A stretch of 64,000 nucleotides of DNA, taken from NCBI GenBank assembly GCA_964036045.1, contig OZ038379.1, positions 20,336,001-20,400,000 on the forward strand, read 5' to 3'. The stretch's first letter is position 1. Every line of letters starts with the position of its first letter. This DNA comes from Eutreptiella sp. 'Long Island Sound 2002'. Lineage: Eukaryota > Protista > Euglenida. The position numbers and the translations under genes were made by a program. Shown piece by piece: positions 19,027 through 28,580 of this stretch. The notes under the pieces were generated by a model that did no database searches, was not told where the DNA came from, and saw only the letters and a program-made list of their open reading frames with translations.

Positions 19027-20560
19027 ATTCACAGCCATAAACCCCTCATTCCCTGGACTCAGGACCTTCCCTTGACTCACCAACATATTGCCCTGAACCA
19101 GGTCAAATGAGATGGCTAAATGCCATGTGTCAAAAGTCACTACATAAACCCCAAAAATGTGTGCACTCCCAAGCCTCTAATTCCTAGCCCAATAGGAGAA
19201 GTGGCGTGTCATGGCCTAGAGTGGCACTCAGGACCATGCCCTACCCTGACATAACCTTGGTTGGACTTGGAGTCGAATGGGCTTAGAGAAATGACCTATG
19301 AGTTTGAACTCATAACATGCCAAAAAACTGCCAATTCACACCATATTGGCCATATATCAAATATATGCTCAAAATTGAAGTTACCACTTATCCGAAGGCT
19401 CAAAGCATGCATGGAATCGAAGTCTAATATTCATGGAGGATATAGACCAAAGGTCAATGCCCATGTACATCCCCACTTTACCCTCGAAACCCCTTCGGAT
19501 ATGGGCGCCACGCACTGCCCAAGTCAGCCCATGATCTTGAGACCAATTCTTGTAATCCTTCGTGCGCCAAGCCAAATGGAGTACGCGATCCGGCATATGG
19601 TGGTGTTCGACTCCAAAGCATATGCCAACATATGAACAACATACCATGGTTCAACTCTCCATAGGCTTCTTGCTGATAGCCGACCAGGTAAGTACACAAA
19701 ATGCAAAAATGAGCAAAAATTGAGGTCAAAAACATGAAAATATGACCAAATACAAAGTAGTCATGATAGTATATCTCTATGCTCACCCATGATATCCGCT
19801 CATGGTTCAATACACAAATGATTGGAACCATTTGCGAACAATTCCCCCACTTGGATCCCCAATCGGGCGCATGGAGATACCTTCGCCACTAATATCTACA
19901 TGCCCCATGAAAATGGGAGTGCACCCATGGATCTCTTTGTCCAACATACCATGAGCAATACATACGCGGTAGACTTGGTCTAGCGCTTTTCACAATTGGG
20001 ACATGGGCAAAGCCCTTGTCACGTATGGCTCCCCATCTCTTCGGCCACACGAAGATATATAACATGGGCGTGAGCATATCAAACATATACCATGCATACG
20101 ACACATACCCTCAAAATATGGCTCCCACCATGATATGCCATGTCCCTCCATTGACATAACTTCACGTTAAAAATACGTAGGAACCCAAGGAAAGTTGCTA
20201 TGCAACCCCAACACTCATGCGGTACACTCGAAAGTCGCATTAAAATATTCGGTTGCACGGCCCAAGAGTTATATATCAATTTATACCCTCTTGACCCTTA
20301 TCCCTTGCAACACCGGGCATGTGTACGCACCAAAGGCGTTTGATGCTTCCTAAATTAAGTTGAGACCAAGGCGTTTGCAACCCAACCTTCCTTATTCTCT
20401 TTCCTCACACTCGCGCGTAGATATGGTCCTTCAAAGTGGTCCCACGATTCACTTTTGTTTCCCTTATATCTCCAAGTCAAATGGGTGGCAAGTATAAGGG
20501 AAACCTGATTCGGGCATAGGGAAAGGAGTATGACCACTCGAAGAAGTCCAAATCAAGTGC
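19027..20560 (-). pseudogene. Heavily decayed Gypsy pol fragment
   Basis: Broken frames with RT-like pieces, e.g. LVGYQQEAYGELNH against LVAKPGSTAKRLVVDYGELNK in the young pol; many stops and a TG/CA-rich composition. Confidence 0.6.
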
Positions 20561-21013
20561 GGCGATGTCGAAGTCGAAAATCCGATTTGGACATCGCGAA
20601 AAATTCAGATTAAAATTTCGAGTGCTTATTTAGAAAATTGCGGAAGCAACGAACCCTTTGCTGATGAAATCTGACCCTTCAACGGAGTATCCGCCAAAAT
20701 ATCTGGAAATAACAGTTAACCAATCGGTTAACGCAAAATCGCGAGCCAACTGACAGTCGCCGATACATTGACCATCAGAACGAAAGGCTGAAAAATTACG
20801 GAAACACTATGATAATAAAACCCTGTTGATTCCTGATATTCCGATATATAAATCTCCGCTGGCGGTGCCTCGGTTCTGAATATGGCCGCTCATAGCCGGA
20901 ATGGCCAAACCTATAACACTATCACATCAGGTTAGGTCAAATGGATGGGAGAGTATGATATCAGCCAATGGCGGCTTGCCGGCACATAGATACACACCCC
21001 AAGTGACCCCAAG

Positions 21014-21376
21014 ATGGCCACGGGGGTCCGAACCGGCTTCACTACCGATCTTTTTCTACGGATACAAGAATACCGCAAACAGAAATCCATCCCCGACGCT
21101 ATGTCTTTTAAGAACCCGTTATTTTCTAAAGAGGACCTTGCATTGGCCGCACACAACCAAAAAGTAAACAAGGCTTCTTCTTATTCTTCAGCCTTTCGCA
21201 ACATGCCTCAAAACAATCAAGCATCCCAAGGATGCTACAACAACAACGCCCGACAAAATTATCGTGCCGGTGGCAAGGGCCGAGGCAAAGGAGGCAAAGG
21301 ATATCGCCAATCGGGTTACAGCTTCCGAGGCGCCGACTCCGGTCAAGCCAACACACCAAGCAGCAGTAGCTCATGA
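21014..21376 (+). CDS. DIRS gag-like ORF fragment
   Basis: Lies upstream of and overlaps the RT frame; N/Q-rich with an RGKGGKG tail. No strong motif. Confidence 0.45.
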   Translation: MATGVRTGFTTDLFLRIQEYRKQKSIPDAMSFKNPLFSKEDLALAAHNQKVNKASSYSSAFRNMPQNNQASQGCYNNNARQNYRAGGKGRGKGGKGYRQSGYSFRGADSGQANTPSSSSS

Positions 21377-23170
21377 CTACTCCGGCGTCCTCATCCCCGC
21401 CCGACTTCGCCAACGCCGCGCGTGGTGGAAGAGGCACGCCCCCCCGCGCTTTCTGGATATTTTGGACAACGGCCTGCTTTATCAAGTGCATTTACCTCAT
21501 TGTGTGTCTAGGGCGCCGCCTCTTTGTCCCTATGATAGAGCTTCGCTTGAATATTTTCATGCTCGGAAATTGATATATGAATATGAAGAAATTGCTGCCA
21601 TCCGGCGGTGCGCACGACGAGATGTTGATTATTTCTTTCCTTGGTTCGTGTTTCTCAAGGAAGAAACCACCACATTGGGTGGCAACATCAAACCCCGTTT
21701 CATTTCTAACCTTCGCAGGCCCAATGCAGGCATTCCTGTTTCCCATTTTTGCATCGACCACTGGGGGCATGTGTTCCCCGCCCTTCGCAAAAGGGCAATG
21801 GGGTGCGAAAGTAGACCTCAAACATGCATACTTCCACATCCCATTAAGTGAAAAGTTCGCTCGCTATACCGGATTTTCCTTTGATGACACCATTTTTAGA
21901 TTTGAGGCGATGCCCTTCGGTGTTGATGTAGCGCCACAAGTTTTTACCGATTTTGTGAAGGTGTTGCTTAAGCATTGGCGTTCCCAGAGTATCACGGTTT
22001 ATGGCTATTTAGATGATTTGTTAATTGTCGCGTCCTCGCACGATGAGTGCATTGCGCATTGGAACATTGTGCACCAAACGTTGAATGATGCTGGATTTTT
22101 GGTGAATGAACCAAAGTGTGTGCCGCCAACACATCACTTAGAGTTTCTAGGCATCCATGTCAACTTCGAGCAAGGCCTCGTTTCAATCCCCGAGAAGAAG
22201 AGGAAAGGTTATCGTAAAGAGTTAGGCAAGTTACTCACCAAATCGTCCATCTCCTTGCGGTCCGCCGTTTCCATTCTAGGCAAGGTGAGGTCCTTGCTTG
22301 TGTGTTTTCCCGGTTTGCGGTTATTGACCGATGCGCTAGTTGAATTGGTTCAGCTTAGTCGCTTTCACAGTTATGACAAGCGTTTGCCAGTCCCTTCCAC
22401 CGTGCAGGAACAGGTTAAACTGTGTAAAGTACACTTGAGTTCTTGGGAAGGGCGCCCCATGCTCGGTGCACCCTCCAATCGGCGCTTGGCCGCCGACGCG
22501 TCCGACACGCAATTGGGCGGCATTGATTTGCACACGCAACACACGGCTCACCGCTACGTGCCTAAGCACATTCACATCAATTTGAAAGAATTGCATGCTA
22601 GCGCGTTGGCGCTTCAATCCTTTGCCCAGCCTGGTGATATTGTGCATTTGTTAGTTGATAATTCCACTGCCTTTGCATATTTGCAGCGTCAAGGCGGACG
22701 CCTCCGGCTGCTGAACGACGCGGTCGGCGAGATGTTCACGTAGTGTTGGGCACACAACGTGCAGATCAGGCCCGAGTGGGTACCATCACCGCCAAATCCA
22801 GCCGATATAGTATCCCGGCGGACTATCGACGTGCGCGAGGTCGTCCTCTCGGACAACATTTTTCAACAAGTTACACGGGCGCTGGAGATGCCACATCTAG
22901 ACCTTTTTGCCACCCCGGAGAGCGCCAAATGCAAAACTTTTGCATGCCGGTGGCCAACGTCGCACCCTCACCAAGTATTGACGTACATGCTTCAAGCGTC
23001 TCTCCAAGGGATCCGCTTTGCCTACGCCCACCCCCCATGGAAAATCATCCACCCCTTCCTCAATCGCTTGTCCCAGTTCCCACTGCTCAAGGTTCTAATA
23101 GTAGTGTCCTTTTGACGGGCTGCCCCGTGGTGGCCCCTACTACTACGGCTCTTCGAGCCGAATTGCCCGA
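21264..23170 (+). pseudogene. DIRS RT - RNase H - N6-adenine methyltransferase, disrupted
   Basis: KPRFISNL, frameshift near 21800, KVDLKHAYFHIP, MPFG, YLDD, ADASD, INLKEL, VDNST, stop at 22741-43, NPADIVSR, then DLFAT...YAHPPW...LIVVSF and a stop at 23113-15 before RAAPWWPLL. Confidence 0.9.
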
Positions 23171-24491
23171 TATTTTTCAAAAAACGGTGCCCCGGCATAT
23201 TCGAGACACCATCGCGCGCGCCATTGCCCGCCCCGCGATGGGATGTGATTTTCGCCTTTGTCTTAGGGAGCAATTGCTCGCAGCCGGGTACACGTCAGTA
23301 GCGGCTGACCAATTTTTATCGCCACGTGACAAGTCTTTGAGGCGCTACAATAGCGCATTTGTTCTCTTTTTTAAGCTAGGGTGTGAACTCGGTTTCCCCT
23401 TTCCTGGCATCGGGAAGACACAAGTGGTTTCTGTGTTAAGCATGCTCTTTCAACATTCCATGTCTCAAGCACGCTCCGCGTACGCTGCAATTGTTATGTT
23501 TCCTTCCATGGCATCTTTGAAATTTGATCCGGCCATTCGGGCCATGAAGCAGCAGTGGAACGCTTCGTCTCCACAGTACGCTGCATTTTGGTGTGGAACC
23601 ACGGTGCTACAGTCCCTCATGGCACAGCCCGTGAATTTTCGATGTAGAATACAAGTCCGCAATAGATTGATCATTGTTTGGAGATTGCTCCACCTCTATC
23701 GCAGTGTCGACGTGGCGCATTTGCGTCGTCTTTGGGCCAAGGGACCAAACGGAGAGCTGTACATTGCATCGCAACGCAAGGGTTGGTTGTCGTACCGCTG
23801 GGAATGCGTCATGGTGTTACCAAACCATCCCAATGTGTGCCCGTTACACCTCATTGTACGGTACATGCATATCACACCCGAGGGCGCCCCTCGTGGGCCC
23901 TTGCTGATCGCTTTGGTGAAGCCGCACGGCGCGCTGTCTAGCGTTCGCGTCGACGCGCTAACCAAGCACATTTTGCAGGCACACGGTGTAGATGTCACTC
24001 ACTACAAGCCACACACCACACGAGGCGCTGGAAAACTCATTCACAAGCAAATGAATTTGCCCCCCGATATTTCTTGCGAAATCGGGTCGTGGGCCAATTA
24101 CGAGGCATATTGCAAACATTACAACCGACTTGGGGCCGTGGACACTGCCGCGACAGCGCTCATGGCACATTTGGCGGTGCACACGACTCCAAGCCCGTCT
24201 TGTGCTGCAGAGGCGCCTTTGCATACTCCCCCTAGTGAACAAGCCGGGGGAAGGAGCAAAGGCAACGGAGCAGCACGAGACGGGGTTGGACCCACCCCCC
24301 CACCCAAAGCAAGGCCTAAGCCTACCAAAGTGCCTATGCTGCGCGGCTGGCGCACATCGCCACGCCTTGGAGCGGCCGCTGTATCGCAGTCTTTGAAGAG
24401 GGTGAGGGATAGGGATGAGGGTCCGGAACGCAAGGCGGCGCGCACCACGTCGGGGCGCCGCTGCACAGCGTTTGTGCTTGATGAGGAATGA
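22743..24491 (+). CDS. DIRS tyrosine recombinase
   Basis: Catalytic set R (YRSVD), H-x-x-R (HTTRGAG), W (GSWAN) and Y (CKHYNR). True start is probably internal. Confidence 0.9.
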   Translation: MLGTQRADQARVGTITAKSSRYSIPADYRRARGRPLGQHFSTSYTGAGDATSRPFCHPGERQMQNFCMPVANVAPSPSIDVHASSVSPRDPLCLRPPPMENHPPLPQSLVPVPTAQGSNSSVLLTGCPVVAPTTTALRAELPDIFQKTVPRHIRDTIARAIARPAMGCDFRLCLREQLLAAGYTSVAADQFLSPRDKSLRRYNSAFVLFFKLGCELGFPFPGIGKTQVVSVLSMLFQHSMSQARSAYAAIVMFPSMASLKFDPAIRAMKQQWNASSPQYAAFWCGTTVLQSLMAQPVNFRCRIQVRNRLIIVWRLLHLYRSVDVAHLRRLWAKGPNGELYIASQRKGWLSYRWECVMVLPNHPNVCPLHLIVRYMHITPEGAPRGPLLIALVKPHGALSSVRVDALTKHILQAHGVDVTHYKPHTTRGAGKLIHKQMNLPPDISCEIGSWANYEAYCKHYNRLGAVDTAATALMAHLAVHTTPSPSCAAEAPLHTPPSEQAGGRSKGNGAARDGVGPTPPPKARPKPTKVPMLRGWRTSPRLGAAAVSQSLKRVRDRDEGPERKAARTTSGRRCTAFVLDEE

Positions 24492-24626
24492 TTTATGCGT
24501 AGCACTCTACACCAACTGCCTACTACAAAAAACAGTGCCGGCGCCAAGAGATGCACTCCAACCCCGTCTTGTGCTGCTCCGTTGCCTTTGCTCCTTCCCC
24601 CGGCTTGTTCACTAGGGGGAGTATGC
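24188..24626. repeat. Hairpin (24188-24290) plus a 70-bp inverted copy (24557-24626 versus 24221-24290)
   Basis: Direct comparison: one mismatch in 70 bp; hairpin arms tccaagcccgtcttgtgctgc and gcagcacgagacggggttgga. Confidence 0.85.
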
Positions 24627-27600
24627 GATTCCCGACCTGATTTCGACTCCAGGACCTTCGTACATTTGAAACTTTATATTATATACATCCCCGGAAGAAG
24701 CCAATTCACTTTGCAGCATCAGATTTCCAGGACACTACTGTAGAAATAAAGTTGAAACAGTATATTAATGGTTTCAGGAAAGGCTTTACATAATACTTAT
24801 TACTTTTTTTCTTTATTTCATCCAGAGGCGTCCGTACTTCTTACTTATTTTTTGATTCCCCCAACTGTCCCTTACTTAATATGACACATACAAGCAGAAA
24901 GACACGAGCACAACAAAACATGGTCCCATCTGATGGCCGAATCGATGTGCCGAAGAGTGCTAAGTGTACTTAATCGGGACCTTTGTCTGCCGCCCCCCTT
25001 TGCACTGGGGTGGCAAACCCTGCAATGGAGGACTGCACCAACGGCTTGTGGGTGGGGACATTTGCCTCTTCTTGATTCACTTGCTTCAACCACTACAACA
25101 TGGTACCAAATGCTCAATGATGCACCACAAAGCAAAACAGGAGATTTTTGACGAAATTTCAACTCAGTTTCGTTCGGTGCCGCTGCGCCAAATGTCGCTG
25201 TTCTGTTACTGGATTACGATTAGGCTACTGAAGTTTTAATGGCCGCAGACGCCCATTACTTAGGTTACTTTACTGAATTTTAATGATTTTGGGGGGGGTC
25301 CGGATTACTGTTACTGATTTAACTTTATTTCTATAGTAAGACACGAATGCAGAGTGATTCCCACGAAGCGACATACGAATCGAACACCAACCACATTGGT
25401 GAATTGCACGCGTTCTAAAATTTTGCCATGGAGGACGAAATGCCGTAGATAAGTTGTCAAATAAGTGCGGCTGCCAGGTCCAACCACATCGCGTCCCTGA
25501 TGCCATTTAGGTGGTACACGACCCGATGATTTCCCTCTCCCTATGATAGCTCTTCTCCGTCTGTCCCTTGTAGGGCTTCTACGGGCAAGGGAGGCGAAGG
25601 ACACCCGACCGCATGCACACACACACAGTAGCAAAATTAATGACAATGGTATGTTGCTATGTTGCAAGGCAAAACATGTTCCATGCACACTCTGCAGCCT
25701 TATGGATACTTCCCCATCTTGTTGAGGCGTGCCATTATTACTGCTTACGTGCACACAAGTTCTAGCCCTATACGAGCAGCATACAAGCATACAAGTGCAT
25801 ACAAACATGTTTCATACCATGTGCCCACTAGGCATGACCCAGGATGCTCAATGTGTGATGGTGAAACACATAAAGGGCTGGGACCCCAGCCCTTTTTTGG
25901 ACTTCAGGTTCCTCGTTACTCAGTGCTTCGTTGCTCTGGGCTCCGCCCGGAGCAACTAACACTCGGAACCTTCGCTATCCAAAAAATACATCATGCACGG
26001 TAAATGGTGGATACATTTCTTACTATTTCTACTATTTCTTACCATGTCTTACTTAGCTACTTGGGATACTTAGCTACGGGCCCTTGCGTGCGTGCTTGCT
26101 TGTCAGTATGGTGCCTATGTGACTGGCATTTTGGGTGCTAGGGTTGTTTTGAAGCCCAAATGGGAAACACGCAATGCTTCTGAATGCCATGCATTTTTGC
26201 AAACCATGCCTTTGTCGGGAGCCAAGGAGCACAGGTGCGAACGCCGGCCCTCACTCGGACGGTGCAAGTTTCTTTTGTCTTTTGTCTTTTGTTTTTTAAG
26301 TGGAGTGGTCGGGTGAAGCTATGGTACCCGGCGCCTTGGGTTGGCAACACCAATGTGCCACACTCTGCTGAGCGTAAGGGGGAGCTTGCTTGTGTTTCGC
26401 GATTCCTGACATATGTTATGGCCTCGTCCCGCATGGGTGACCATGGGAGGACCCATAAAGGGCAGGCGAATGAGATATGTGCCCGTGGGGTGCGGATTTT
26501 TTGCCGCTGCATGCGACCCCCAAAGTCGTGATGTTAGCGGGTTGGGCTTTGTCACGGTGGCATCACGAACGGGCTCCCAACCTCTCGCTATACTCTTGGT
26601 TGAAAGTAGAGTGCACATAGTGCCGTAAACTAAAATAAAAATGCCCGGACCAAGTTAGAATCACAACCTTTGTCGAGATTCATCTTCACTTGAATGACCT
26701 CACAAGCCCCATCCGGGGCACTTTTCGGGGCATGTTGCAAAACGATGTAAGTCCGTTGGGGGAGGGCACTTGAGTTATTGCTTCCATGGCCCCTTCTTTC
26801 GACATTCGAATGTCGAAAGAAAGATTTGACTACGAACAATTCGGACGACACACAACACTCTGATCATGCCCGAATTTTCGTGGGTTCATACATGAATGTT
26901 AATGCTGGGCACCCAAGTCCCAAGTGGACAAATTAACTTGGTGTCACAATGCCCACACTTTGAAGTGTCATGTCTCAACATCAACTAGCTCCCAATCGCA
27001 CCATCTCACCAAATACAACGGGTTGCCATGGTTTCGAGACATGATGTCATGATGTTGCTAGATCACCCTTTTGGGTTGAAAAATGAAACTCAAAATATAA
27101 GCATCGGGTTGAATGTATTGCAAGGGTTGAAAATTAGGAACAACGTTAAAGCGAGAACTGGACCCACTGTGGAAAAGTCTTCTTGAGGAGACCCATGGGT
27201 CCGGCCCACCCACTTGGTCCAAGGAGAGAATAAGAGGTTGATGTAAGGCAACATTTTCAGCGATGCATCTCCCAAAGATGGACCTTGGACCACACAATGC
27301 CTGTCGTTGATCCGTTGACATCCATACCACTAACCCGCCTGCCCTCACTGGATTGCCACGCCTTCTTCAAGTACCGTGTTCCATGGCGGAGGCAATTGAG
27401 ATTGCGGGCATAATACTATCCCCTCCAACCAGCAGTTGCCCAAGCGAAGAAATCACCTGTTGCATCCTTCCAAAAGCCAAAACCTAGAATAGCCTTCAAT
27501 TCAATGCTTGCACAAAGCAGGCACGCCTCTTGACACGTTGTGTGCGGTGCTCAAGCCTAGGCCATAGCCACGCACAATCAGTGACCCCCTGTAGCACGAT

Positions 27601-28040
27601 GTATGGACTCAATCTCCATCTCGCTCTCGATCAACCTCAACGCGACAAATGTATGGGATGATGCCCTGTGACACACCGGTCGGGAAATCATGTTGCTCAC
27701 CCATTTGTAAACATTTGTGTTTGCCAATTGCTTGCCATACATCGTGGAAAGAACACCCTTTCAAACCACAAAACAACAAGTTCCATATTTTTACGTCTAT
27801 GTGTACATTCCTTTTCTTTTAGTATGCTGTACTCCTATAACCTGGAACTTGAGCCCGAGTCCGGTTGAAACAGCTTGAGTGCCTAAATTCCAGGTTATAT
27901 AATTAAAACCGGTCGGGTGTGAGTTCCCGGGTCTATGACCCGGACTTAGAAACCGAGTGTATAACCCGGAACTCGGACCGAGTTTCGGGTTGCATATCCC
28001 GGACTCGGTCCGAGTTCCGGCACCCGGTCTATATATAATG

Positions 28041-28064
28041 CTCTGAGTGTCTATGTTTTTTTCG
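28041..28064 (+). other. Euglenid spliced-leader relic
   Basis: CTCTGAGTGTCTATGTTTTTTTCG against the recalled euglenid SL ACACTTTCTGAGTGTCTATTTTTTTTCG. Confidence 0.8.
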
Positions 28065-28226
28065 ATTACATGCTGTTTTAGCTGTGGAGCCTCTGCTGTG
28101 CATGCTTGCATTGTGTTTGACGTCACCGTAAGTCATGGTGTGCTACCTTGGCTTTATTGGTCCGGTGGTAGACAGCAAGGCACGCTTCTTTCACACCTAA
28201 GTATTTGGCAACATCTGCATTGCTAA

Positions 28227-28443
28227 TAGAAGGGTTGCGAGCCAATTTTGTCATCACCACCCCCTTGGCAAGCAGAGCCCTCCCCCAAACCTCTTGCATC
28301 ATGCACACATTCAGTGGTCTAATTGGACAACGAGCAAGAGGATGTCAAGGGAGAACAAATGAAGGCCGATGGCGTGAAAATGGAGGAGGAAATGGGTGAA
28401 CATAAGGTGGAGCAAGCAATTGGCGTTGGATAGGGAAATCCCG
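28227..28443 (+). repeat. 217-bp direct repeat, left copy (flanks the Penelope-like element)
   Basis: Matches 34704-34920 with 2 mismatches. Confidence 0.95.
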
Positions 28444-28580
28444 GACGATGCAGCAGTCCCAGCACCTACGGATGCCTCGCTTCTCTCTACCCCTCAGGAG
28501 ACCGGCCCCCAGTCCCCAGAATCTCAGGACATGGCCGAGGATGACGATGACATCATCTAGAAGGTTGAAGGCCTCACAAA

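Larger units (their letters stand above)
20900..24630 (+). mobile_element. DIRS-type tyrosine-recombinase retrotransposon, decayed; boundaries approximate
   Basis: Overlapping gag-like, RT/RH/MT and YR frames in the DIRS order; inverted-repeat structure at the 3' end. Confidence 0.9.

Noticed and set aside
28123-28308. Minus-strand peptide LARNPSISNADVAKYLGV resembling an HTH or HMG box
   Set aside because: Short, no supporting context, and opposite to the SL and PHD orientation; cannot be supported.
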